DNA of 64,000 nucleotides from Geosiphon pyriformis uo1. Taxonomy: Eukaryota; Fungi; Glomeromycota. Location of the stretch: NCBI GenBank assembly GCA_016748015.1, contig JAAOMT010000708.1:1-64000 (forward strand), written 5' to 3'. Position numbers and translations under genes: made by a program. Under the pieces are notes generated by a model that saw nothing but the letters and a program-made list of their open reading frames with translations, did not search any database and had not been told where the DNA came from. This document shows, piece by piece, positions 27,103 through 39,627 of this stretch (positions within the stretch are counted from its first letter, which is position 1; each line of letters begins with the position of its first letter).

Positions 27103-28120
27103 TATTTGCTTAAAATATTTATTATTTTGTTATATTAATAATCTATGCTAATAATATTTGATACTTAAAATTATTAGAACAATAATTTTTAATTATAACT
27201 ATTAACAAAATATTAATTTTTTATTTTTTTTATTTTTATTTTATTTTATTTGTTGTATTTACTAATTAATTAAAAAAATTAAATGCTAAGTTTTTAACAT
27301 TAAAAATAATTTGGTAAAAAACTTATGAAACAAGAGTAAAACTTAAAAAATAGCTTGCCTAAAAAACATAATTATTAAATTAAACTGGTTATTATGTTAA
27401 AAAAAAATTCACAAAAAACAATATCAATTAAATTTTTGTCTACTATACAAAAAATTCAATTCAAATTTTTAAATTACAAAAATTTTTAAAGATTAGCATT
27501 ATAATTACCAATTTAATACCAAGTTATAAGTTTATTATTTATTTTAACCACTTAAATAACTATTTATAATATTGATTATTATGTTAAAAAAATTAAATAT
27601 TAACTATTATTAACTATTATTATTGAATTTTTGTCTATTATAAAAGAAATTTAATTAACTAAAACTTTTAGATACCAAAATTTTCAAAATTAATTAATAA
27701 ATTTAAAATATTAATTTATAAATTAATATACTATTTAATCATTAGTAATATTGCTTATTTTATTGTTTTAAAACACAAATTTTTTTAAAAACTTATTAAA
27801 TTTAACTATTTTTATATTTAACTATTAATAAAAAATTTTAATACTAATGCTTTAATATTAAATTTTTTTTATTTATATTATTAAAATTATATTTAAAAAT
27901 ATATTTTTTATATTAAAATAAATTTTTTTTCTATTTTTTTTTAGTCTATTATGTTTAGTTTTACAAATAAAAATGTATTAATAAAATAGCTTAAGAAAAT
28001 ATTAAATAAAAAAAAAGTATTAAAATATTTTTTTGGTTTTTTTTTAAATAAAAAACTATTTTTATAATATTTATAATTAAATTTTATTTTAAAATTTATT
28101 ATTATTATTATTCATATAAA
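27103..28120. repeat. Extremely AT-rich eroded TE relics (LTR-derived in part)
   Basis: 27130-27420 is colinear with LTR relic 350-630. G/C is almost absent, with a sharp transition to CpG-containing DNA at ~28125. Confidence 0.6.
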
Positions 28121-28406
28121 TATGTAGAAAGCGTAAGCCACGTTTACTACATGTTGAACTACACTCTTCAAAGCTATAAAGTAATAATAATAATAAATAT
28201 TTATGTCAAAATCTCAGCCTCAGTCAGCCACGCCGCCACAAATTCCACAGGTGTTGCCAGAGACAAGTCTATCGATTCATTCGAACACTAGTAAGATGCT
28301 CGTAGTCGAGAACGCGTTCGTTAGTCTTTTTTATTCTTTAATTCAATTTGGTCCTTATTTCCTTAAATTTTCGAAACCAGCACGTTTAAGCTTACAAAAG
28401 CCCAGA

Positions 28407-29827
28407 ATGTTGGACCAAGCTTTGAAAAACCTACTTCGTTTCGAGGATCCCACCACAGTTGAGGAGTTGTTCCTTGATAACAAAAAGATTCAATCTATCT
28501 CAAACATAAGTCATCTGCCTAAAGACGAAAAAGATTTTACTCCCCTCAGCGAACTAATAAACCTGAGTTCTTTATCTGTGTGTAACGTTAACCTACACTC
28601 CCTTGAGGGCTTTCCAGTATTGCCTAAACTCAAGAAGGTAGGTTGGTAGATGGCATCTGCTGCGGCCGCAAATTTGAACTAACAACCACATACACTAAAT
28701 CAAGCTTTCTCTGAGTGATAATAAAATTGTGGGAGGGTTGAGAGCACTAGCTAGCGCAAAATTGCACAGTCTCAAATATCTTGATTTAAGTAACAATAAA
28801 ATAAGTGACATCTCAGCACTTGAGGCATTGGTAAGCAGAGGTTTAAATTTTGTCCGGCTTTGTCTTGAAATAAAAATTTATATTTTAATACATGATTCTT
28901 GTCTATACATTAAGCGAGATTTGGCCAATTTGAAATATTTGAATCTTGAAGAATGCCCTGTCCAAAAATTATCTGGCTATCGAGACACAATATTCCAAGC
29001 GATACCTCAATTGGATTCTTTGGATGGGCAAAATCGGTTAGAGTTATATTTTAAAAAAAAGTAAAAGTAAATTTAAATTCAAAGGATTTCTTATTTATTG
29101 TTCGGTTGCCATAAATGGGAGCAGCGCCGGGCAAGATGTTGACTCTGAAGAGGAGAGTGATTTTGAGGAGGATGATGACGAAGAGGATGATGAAGAGAGC
29201 GAAAATAGACGTTCAAACGGGCAAGGAGGTAAATATTATTGGTCAAACTTATTATCAGATATATGCTAAACATTATTTAAAATATAAGTAGATGATTCAG
29301 AGAATGAGGACCTAGAAGTAGAAGCCTCTGGCGGAGATGAAATAGTTGAAAGTGGCTCTGAAAGTGACGAAGAATCAAATGATGAGCAGATCGAGGTAAA
29401 ATTAATGAAAATAATTTTCATGAGAGTTTTCTCAACTATTCTAGCTTGTATTCTATAGTCAAGTATACTTCAAGCTCAGCATATTTCAGCCGAAGTCGTT
29501 GATTCAGACGAGGTGAGAAATTAAGTTTAATATTATTCATCCTTATAGAGATAATGGCTTATTTTATTTTTTCATGAACATAATCTCAAAAGGAACAAGG
29601 GTCAGCTAGTGATGAGGTAGAAGAATTGGTGCGTTGTAAAGATGTCTTGCTGGTATAATGAAATATTCCAAATAAAACACTAACCAAATATTCATGAAAT
29701 CATTGCTATCGTGTAGGAAGTCACCGATTCCGAAGGGGCCCCATCTAATCAGAAAAAAGTTTCATTATCTTCGCGAGATAAAGGAAAAGGGGTTGCTCTC
29801 CCCGAAGAGGTTGAATCTAACAATGGA

Positions 29828-29871
<44 letters not shown>

Positions 29872-30404
29872 CGAAGATGAAGAGGAAGCGTCACTAGCCT
29901 TGTTAATGGGACAAGTACATATTGTTCATTCACATAATATTTTTAAACTTGCAGAAATCATTTAAGATAACATGCGCTCGAATAAAGCTAATGAATAAAT
30001 TCAACCCAAAGGAACTTCCGGCTGAAGATAGTGCAGAAGATTACGACCCTGAGCAGTATGAAGAGGAGGAAGAAAGTGATATAGAAGAAGAATTTGGCTC
30101 CGATGAAGACGAAGCAGGGCCATCGACCAGTGCTGCTGCTTCCTCGTCCGTTATGACTTCAAAACGAAAGGAATTTATTGAAGACGAAGAAGAAAGTGAT
30201 ATAGAAGATACAAAGGCAAATATTAAAGTTGTGTCTCTAGCTGCTTAAAAAATAAAAATAACGCCCATGATTTATATAATTTCTTGATTCTTATAGGAAC
30301 CACACTTTATTTCTCCAGACAGCAACGGGTCAACTAGCCCAAAGAAACGAGCATTACAAGAAGGCGATGGAGAAATAATAGATAGCAAGAAAAGACGAGT
30401 ATAA
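28407..30404 (+). CDS. ANP32: ANP32-family acidic leucine-rich nuclear phosphoprotein (ANP32E-like), multi-exon
   Basis: VEELFLDN..LPKLKK|LSLSDNKIVGGL..YLDLSNNKISD..LNLEECPV..YRDTIF..IPQLDSLDG matches the ANP32 LRR and LRR cap. Long D/E tail, C-terminal KKRRV NLS, GT-AG introns. ATG 28407 is preferred over 28203. Confidence 0.88.
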
Positions 30405-31498
30405 AGCGGACTCATTTAAGTGATCACATTTCCGTTATATTCTTACAGTATTTTAACACTTTACCACATTTTGCATTCACAGCTTATTCTTTAACATTAT
30501 ACAAACTTCTCCTTTGTAGTGATTGAAATCTGCATTCTTGATTCCATTGAGATTTATTTCCAATTTGCGTCTCATCTGTTGAATTGTGTCAGCAATAAAG
30601 TCATGGGCCAAGCGATGTTTGACGAAGATAAGTATTACAAACAGTCAATAGTAATGGCAATGGGTATCTGGTATAGGAACTAGTGGCTGGTCTCATTTCA
30701 CCTCGAGTAGACAAGCCTCATCCAGAAGGTATCAGACTATGTCAAACCTTTTACACATTGAAAAGATTTGCCTGCAGTTTGTTATGCCCGGTCTGATGCT
30801 CGCATGAGGACTGAAAGTTTTGGTTCCGAGTAATATGAGTTGCCTGTTACGAACTCGCGGCTCCCATTTTGTTAGCAATTAATTAATATGTACAGATTAA
30901 GAGCCTACTCTAGTTAAAGTATAATAAGCCACAGTGCACTATATAGTATCTTAATGGTTATCAGGTTTTTTTTTCAACTAGTAATTAAAATTCAGATATT
31001 TATCTCAGACTAGGTTTATTAGCAAGTCTCGGTTTACCCCCACTTGTACAGTTTGTCATATTTTAAGTTCTCAGATGAACTCCACCCTACAAAGGACTTA
31101 ACATTTTATTTTATACTGTTATACCCGTCGGGTAAGCTAATTAAAATTTTCGTCCATGTCCAAAACAAAAAAAATGATGAAATGAACTACATTCCTTTGG
31201 CTGTCTGATTCCAATGAGTGAAAACTGTTTCAATCGCTAGAACCTTAATTATCTGAAAATCCCTTCAAAGAATTATTTTAAACTTTTTTCCAAAGAACTT
31301 CGTTAACATTTGTGAATTTATTGTAAACAGTGCGGTTATGCAGTATCATTGGACTCTTACTTATTTATTGTGATAGTTCAACACCTTGGACAATTTTGGG
31401 TCTTTTATCTGAAAGAAGGAGTCCAAGTTGAGGTTTCCATATTCCAGCTAATAATCAACAAATCTCGCGTTCAAAAGGTTCAAAAGCTAAAAACCTAA

Positions 31499-32381
31499 AT
31501 GGCGAATACTGGTCCAAAGCCGCGTACCATAGCCGTCCTCGGTGCACGTGCCGTAGGTAAGACTAATGTACAATTTTGAAATGATTTAATTTATTGTTCA
31601 TGGTTGGTGTATATAAAATAGGAAAATCGTCTTTGACGATTCAATTTGTGGAGAATCATTTTGTGGACTCGTATTATCCTACTATCGAAAATACCTTTAA
31701 TAAAGTCATTCGATTTCGGGGGCAAGAATTTGCTGCTGAAATTATTGATACTGCCGGACAGGCAAGCAGTCTGAACAATTAAGTCTCCCACCTAAAAATT
31801 CTCTAAATATCATTTTAAATTTCCTTCTCTCTTATCAGGATGAACACTCGATTTTGAACTCAACACATGCAGTTGGCATTCACGGCTATGTGCTTGTATA
31901 TTCTATTACATCTCGACAGAGTTTTGAAATGATGAAAATTATCAGGGATAAAATCTTGAATTATGCAGGCACTGAATGGGTTCCTATGGTGCTTGTCGGC
32001 AATAAGACTGATTTGCATATGCAAAGGTATTTTCAGTGTACTGGTTGAAACTCCAATGTAGATTATTCTTTAAATTATTAAGAAATTTAATATAAACAAA
32101 TTTTTATTTCTCTGAAACTAGACAACTAACAGCGGAAGAAGGCAAAGAGTTAGCAACTCAGTGGAATTGTGCATGGACAGAAGCATCCGCTAAGCACAAT
32201 GAAAATATTAGTAAGCAAATTTCGTGAACAATAAATATACGACTCTTTTTGATCATTAGGATTCAAATTGAAAAATTTTCATAACTTTCACATAGCACGA
32301 ATATTTGAATTGATGATCACTGAAATCGAAAAAACCTTAAACCCTCACAGTGAAGATTCAGGAGGTTGTATTTTATTGTGA
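31499..32381 (+). CDS. RHEB: Rheb small GTPase (5 exons)
   Basis: GARAVGKSS (Rheb-type Arg in G1), YYPTIENTF, DTAGQDE, GNKTDL, EASAK; ends with CaaX CILL*. Confidence 0.95.
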
Positions 32382-33064
32382 ATGGGCCCAGTAGAGGTGC
32401 TTTTCCAATTAATTTTTCGTGCCAAATCAGGTTTGCGTTAGAGTTCTCAGGAGTTTTCTCACTTATTTTTGCCTTCAAATTGAGCCGTGGACTCGATCTT
32501 AAGGACAAAAATTTGGTTAAAGACATCTCCAAGGGTTGCTATTTCGCCGTACGATCTAGATTTTTGTAGCGTAATGCTGACCAGAAGGTACGAACGTTCT
32601 CTTGGGGTTCTTAGTATCCATATCCACTAGAAAGATTACTTTAAATAGGTCAGATATAAATAGCATTTAAATGGATAATTTTATTCTTAACAATAAAGAT
32701 ACTAGACGTCATTGTAATCTAATTTGACTAATGGCTTCTAATTTAGCAAATAATGATTAATATTTTCTTTGTTAGTTTTAATCATATGCAATACTTGGAT
32801 TCTGCTATCAAAATTTTTAAATAACATGTAAAAGTTCTTGGCGCTCCTTTCAAAGTAGATCATCTTTTTGTCATTACCTTTTTGAAATTATATTCAATCA
32901 ATTCCATCAAAGGCCTAGGTCGATTGTCAGGACATGGGACCGACTAGTCGTTTTGCCATCACATATTTATAATCACAAAAAACAATTATAGAACAGGGCG
33001 ATCATATTATTCATTCTTGCCTTCCTACTACTTCGACATAGGGTAACCGCGTTTTAAAGCTAAA

Positions 33065-33966
33065 ATGGTTTGTAGATTGTTATTCGTTATGATCTATGCA
33101 GTCATTTTTATCTTCACATTTTGAAACTTCATCTATGTGATTGTTTGCTTTACTCGAATATTAGGCATCAAATGTTGAAGGAGACGAAAAACCTCCGACT
33201 GAAGAGAGCACAATCGTTGATTCTGATGCTAAAGATAATAAGGTCGAGGAAAATGACGTCAACGACGCTTCCTTAACCACTACCGACAATAATACTACCT
33301 CTGAAGGGGAAAACTCCAGCATCACAAACGACGACGATGCTTCTTCTCATTGGGAACTGCGCATCTCTCGTTCACGCAAATTGCCTTATTATTATAATCG
33401 ATTGACTAAAGCAAGCACCTGGGAGTCTCCCAAGGGAGTTGACCCTACTAAGATCAAAGGATATGAAGAACACAAAAAAAATGAAAAAGATGGTGGTGTC
33501 TTGCAACAACACCATCAAATTCGTGCTAGTCACCTATTGGTGAAGCACAAGGGGAGTAGGCGCCCTACTTCTTGGAAGGAGGCATGTACAAACGGGGTTG
33601 TAGTGGTGTCATTGGCTCATGGAACCCCACAAGTTGATATGCCCAATTTTTTTACTATTAAATAAGATTTATCTTAATTCCTATTATTCTGATTGATAGG
33701 CAACAATTACGCGCTCAAAAGAAGAAGCACTTGAATTGATTGAGAATTATAGGAATCGTATCACTTTTGAAGAGATTACTCTAGCCGAATTGGCCCAGAC
33801 CGAATCTGATTGTTCGAGTGCGAAGCGTGGGGGAGATCTTGGTCATTTTGGTAAAGGACAAATGCAACCTACTTTTGAAGAGGCCGCTTTCAAATTGGAA
33901 GTCGGTCAGTTGAGTGAGCCGGTTTGGAGTGATAGTGGTGTTCATTTGATATTAAGGACAGAGTAA
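33065..33966 (+). CDS. PIN1: Parvulin-type peptidyl-prolyl isomerase with WW domain (Pin1/Ess1), 3 exons
   Basis: WW domain WELRISRSRKLPYYYN..STWESP. PPIase RASHLLVKHKGSRRPTSWKE|ATITRSKEEA..SDCSSAKRGGDLGHFGKGQMQPTFEEAAF..SGVHLI. Exons 33065-67, 33165-33581, 33700-33966. Confidence 0.95.
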
Positions 33967-34664
33967 ATAAACGATATTAAAAGACAAAGGATAACCCATT
34001 AAGCAGTTCGAATTTCATCAGAGATTTGATGATGCAGAAGGGACAACTACCCAAAGTTGATAAAGAAGGTACAATGGAGTAGCTTATGCTGGCCAAATTC
34101 TGAGAGATTTGTATACGCATTATCACTACCTTCTCTATTTTTATCATTTACTATACTGGCTTGCTGGCCCTCATACTTTATTTTTTTAAGATAATAAACA
34201 ATCCATTAATTCCGATTAAAACACGAACTTTTGACATCATGTCTTAGTAAAAATGAAAGTTCAACTTTATGCGTTGAGCAGCTAAGCTCTTAAAAAGAAA
34301 AAGCAAAGATAAAATTGATTTTAAGATGTGAGGTTTTTTAGGAATTAAAGGTATGAAGGGTCATGTGTCAATTTCATCGATTTATATTTACAAAATTAAA
34401 ATACGAATAGTGCAGATGAGTCAATAATTGCAAAAAAAAAAACGCGAAAACAATTAAAATTCGTTTTTTGAGATTTCTAATTCCCCATCCCCCCAAAAAA
34501 ATCCGAAAGAAATTAAGATTAAAAAAGACAGGTCGAGAAAGTTCGGGAGAAAGCCCATAATTGTTTGTGTTTGAGCAAATTTGTATTAAGTCACAGACAA
34601 TCTTAATAATCTCTATGTAACTCTATTTGAACAAACATCTAAATCGTTACTTCATGAGACTCGA

Positions 34665-37600
34665 TCACATTAATCTCGCCTTTTTCCGTTTCCCATGACC
34701 TCCAACATCTCGACGACTATTACTATTATGTCTGCCATCATCGTCGTGATCGTCGTCGTCATTATCATCATAATCATCATCACCATCATCATCATCATCT
34801 AATTGATGTATCCGACCACCGGAGACCTGATGATCCTGATGCGTCTGATTAACATTAGCAAAATTTGTGTATAAGATATTATGGGAAGCTATTGTCGATG
34901 TTCCTGTTGTTGATGGGTCAATTGGCGAGATTCGTGCCATATAGGTTTCAGGTGATTCCGATGATGAAAGATCGTTAGTTTCAACAACCGATTCTCTTCT
35001 ACCATCCCCACCAACACCTTCAATCACAAAATTGACCAAGCTATTGATCCGAGTTTCACCATCGCCATCATCACTATTATTCTCATCGGCACCGCCAAAA
35101 TCTATTCGGGAATCCCCAATCGCACAATTATTGTTACGTGTACCATTATTATCAACACCATCTTGCGCCTCATCGACAGTTGAGGAGAGTTTCAGATGTG
35201 CACAATATTTATTGAGGATGGCATATAAGCTTTCTTTAGAGAAAGGTTTGGTAAGAATAGCATTCACCCCATTAGGCATATATGTCGCAAGAAAATCGTG
35301 GTTAGATGAATTCGTGGCCATACTAATTATCGGGGTTTTATTATCAAACCGACGTATTTGTTGGGTGGCACTTAGCCCATCCAGGTTTGGCATCAGAATA
35401 TCCTGTTTCAGAAAGAAAATTTATGATTCGTGATTAAAAAAACAAAATCTTTTTAAACCAACCTGACAATCCCTTACCATAAAAACTAGATCATATTTTG
35501 TATTATGTATTTTGTTAACTGCCACAACTCCATCAACTGCAACTTCGCATTCACATCCGATAAGTTGTAAAAGATTTATCATAAAATCTTGGATCGAGAT
35601 CTCGTCATCAACCACTAATATTTTTGGAGGTATTGACCAATGATCCCTCGAAATCGGTAGTAATGTTGATGAGCTTTGTAAAAAGATTTGAGGATTGTTT
35701 GAAAGTCCAGAGGTAGAAGATGATATAGTCCCATTTCTCTCATATTGAATTGGTGAAACTGAAATTGGAGAGGTAGAGGAGGATGCCATTGGATGGGAAG
35801 GATGATGACCAGATGAATAATGACGTTCATGAGGTGGGGTCGTAGCTGAAAGATTATTGATCCCATAAATTGTGAGATTCTCATGGGGTTCGTGGTGTGT
35901 TACCGAGCGATTGAAGCCTAATGAGGAAGCGGATGAGAAGTGATGATGATGGTGAGGAATAATTGATGATGAATTTGTGTTGATTGATGATACTAAAGAT
36001 TGAGCAAGAAGATTGGCTGAAAGACTTGTAGTAAAATTGGTACGACTAACTTCTGTTGATGATGATAATGAAGAAGGTATAATTGTTCTTGCTTCATTAT
36101 GACTGTGTTGTAGATGATTGATGGAGTGAGGATTAACGGAGGATGAAGACGCAATTACTTTGGATTGGGCCAAGGAGCCAGATCTTGACGAAGGTAATAT
36201 TGTAAGAGGAGGTAAGTTTGTTGATGTTTGTACAAGAGGATCGGATAGATTATCTGTTTGTTCAGATGATAATATGAAATGGGAAGAAGAAAAGTCGTGT
36301 TGTATTTGAAGATGGGTACCATGAGATTGTGAAATTTGTCCATGATCATATTGACTCAAATATGAATTGCCATTAAAGGAATTTTCATGTGGCTGCTGTT
36401 GCTGAGCGGTTGCTCTGGAACTTGGAGAATTAACAAAATCCTGTGTATTTGATAAATCACCCGTATTGCTGGTTCGCCGATTTTCTTGCGGCCGATCTAA
36501 TGAAATTACCAAAAAATTTTCCCAAATTGGTTTGTAGCAATAAGATAAACACACGTTTTGTAAAACGGGCCGAAAAAGCCAAATAGATTTTTAGCGGTTA
36601 GACCGAAAAGATTTATTATAAGGATGAATTAATAATGTTGCAAAGTTCGGGGTTGATGAGGAAGAGGAGGAGGAGGAGGAGGAGGAGGAGGAGGAGGAGG
36701 ATGATGATGATGATGATGATGATACATTGCCTTGACTGTGCTGTGCTAAAAACTGTACTAAGTTTTGCATCAAATCATCTTGCGCAGCAAGATTCCTTCG
36801 AAAATTCAAAATCTCCTCCATGACAATATTATAGTTCCTATTCAAGGTCTCCAAGTAATTGGACATTTCGCTCTGAAGTTCCACGATAGAGTCAACTTTC
36901 GAATGTAAATCCTGGCGTGTTTCACGAACTGATGAAGCTGTACTCACGCTAGAATCAGCTGATGGGTGTTTGTTGCGAACTGTCGGGGTTTTTCGCTGTC
37001 ACAAAAGGGTGAGACTTGAGGTGTTAGTAGGCTCACAAACATTGAGAAAGAGAGAGGAATATAAGCAAGAAATTTTACCTTGATTTCTTCGAGTAAATCA
37101 CGCCGATTGCATTGAAATTTTGGATGTTGGAATTCCCACGCCTTTTAAAAAGGAAGGAGTGGATGTTAGTTGAACAGCTTTCGGTCGGAGACACCAAAAA
37201 TTTCTTTCATCGCCCAATAGTGTGGTTAGATTAGAAAGAAATTTTTTGAAATTTACTTTTTAAAGATTTTCCAGAAACCAACCATGAGTTTTTGAAATTT
37301 TCCACTTTTTTTAACGAAATAAAATTTTGACACACCTGTTCACTATAAGGTCTGGTGCCATCATCATTAGTCTTAATCTTGTGAAAGTCGTATTTATTGA
37401 GCTGCCGCACAAAACTTGCAAAGTTATTATGTTTAAAGTGTCGTGGTAAAATTAATTTAGCGAATTCTGTCGGATCATGAACGACAAAAGTGTCCCCAGT
37501 TACTCCCCACGAGACGATATGAACATAGGATTTATCTTCGAGCATTCTACAAAGGTTGATTGGAAAGAAGGAGATATAATATTTATTAGGTTAACATAAA

Positions 37601-37918
37601 TTTTAATGGGTTGGGTTGGTTTACGGAATTTTAATCGACAACTATTTTCTTGAGTTTTAATTGATTCAAAAAATCAAAATCGAAATAAATTTTCCTAGAG
37701 GAAGGGACTTGGAAAAAAACACTTTTCTAGACTCTTTTAATTTATGAAACTAAAGATGTTGAGTTTGCATCGATATCAGTAATTATGAACATGGAAAATA
37801 TTTCAAAAACTAGGAAAATACGCGTTATTTTTTTTAAAAATGTAACATTCACTTGAAATAGGGTATACCTGTACAATTTTTTGACAAAATCAGGAATGTT
37901 GGCAGCAGCAGCGGCCAT
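34665..37918 (-). CDS. SKN7: HSF-type DNA-binding plus receiver-domain response regulator (Skn7/Prr1 family)
   Basis: PDFVKKLYR|[26 protein letters not shown]..|AWEFQHPKF, coiled coil, receiver ILVVDD..YDLVFM|[12 protein letters not shown]. Exons ~37869-37918, 37336-37546, 37079-37141, 36731-36995, 35478-36496, 34665-35402. The start could lie further upstream (to 38176). Confidence 0.9.
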
Positions 37919-39463
37919 ATTAGCTGGAACTTTGACAACTGAATTCAATGGAGTTGTGTTTGTAAAAGGAGGAGGAGGAGGAGGAGGAGTAGTAGTAGTA
38001 GTAGTAATAGCAGTAGCAGTAGTAGTAGTAGTTGGAGTAGAAGTTGTCGAATGATTTAAAGTATCAAATGCAAGAACAGAATTTGAAACTCTAGGTGATG
38101 GTGATGTTGATTGTGGGCCTTCATCCCAGACCGAAGAGAGGCGCAAGTCGGCAACCTTGTATAGATGACAGCACATTTCATACAGACGTGTTTTTATTTA
38201 TTATGATGTGAATGTATGTTGTATTCCACAAAGCTGAGGAGTTTTAAATGCAATTTTGTTCGCTGGTTTTTTTTGTTTTGTTTTTTTTTAAAAAAAAACA
38301 CAAAGAACAGAAGTAGCAACGGCGGGTGACACCTGAGCAGCTTTCTTTGTAGTATATTTTAGTTTATAAACCAGGTAGGTGATGAATTTTCTCGTCAATA
38401 TTTCCGGAATGCCATGATAATACCTACTTTACAAGTACAGTGAGAATAAGAGCGAAGTTGAATTTCCTTGGTAGTGTAAGTAAGTAAAGGACCGAAGGAG
38501 GCAGAAGAGGGTGAGAACTTTGGTCACAGAGGGCTCGTGGTGACCAAAGCAAAGCAAAACCAAACCAAACCAAATCAAATCAAACCAGCAACAGATTGAA
38601 GTTATCTCTGCTTTGTCAATATTTCGCGAATCCCAAGTTATGGCTGATATATGTATATATATAAGTTATTCGTCATTATCCCAAACGCAAGGTACAACTT
38701 GTTGTTAACATACATCATCATCATCATCATTATCATCATCATTATCATCAACATCACCGAATTGTTAACAATCAAAACCTCGGAAACTGCAGCAGTCTCA
38801 GAACCAATATTATCCGACAATCATAAAAAGTAAATACTCACCGGGAGAAACTACCAAAACTTTTTATATTATTAATTTAATCAAATGATTTTTGATTTAA
38901 TAATGATCAGATTTTTTTCTTTGTTAGTTTATGAGAGTCATGAAGCTTCTATTTCCTATTGCTTCTATATAGTACGAATAGTGGAATAGGAGGATTAAAA
39001 ATTTAAATTTAAAAGCCAAAAATTTATATTGTTTGACTTGAATGGGCAATAATTGGAAAAAATATCAGGATCATTGGATGCCAATAGGTCATCCAATGCT
39101 ACCGGGATTTTACCCGGGTCTGTACAAGTAGTATTGGATAAGTATTGAATGATGTACTTATACGCGTCCTACAGGTATTAAACAAGTGTTTTATTATTAT
39201 TATTATTATAAAAAAAAACTTTGTCCTACTCTTTATTTCTCAAAACTGCGCATCAATATGTATATGTTTATGAAATACTCCTGATGTCTACGATGATGAT
39301 GACTATAGGTTTATGTGTATCATAATGATATTTTCAATGTTGATTTTGTTTTAGCGTGTTTTATTTGATTCCTGAATGTGTATTAATGAGGAAGGGAAGG
39401 AGAGAGATATAGACTTGTGGTAAAGAGAAGGCGTGCGTTTTATGCAACCAAGCATCATCATAA

Positions 39464-39627
<164 letters not shown>

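Noticed and set aside
28203-28406. Upstream in-frame extension of ANP32 from ATG 28203
   Set aside because: ANP32 similarity begins at the Met at 28407, which has a good AGAATG context. The upstream part looks like promoter/5' UTR.
30790-30820. ctgatg...gaaa resembling a hammerhead ribozyme core
   Set aside because: The core reads CUGAUGC rather than CUGANGA, and I could not find flanking stems I/III.
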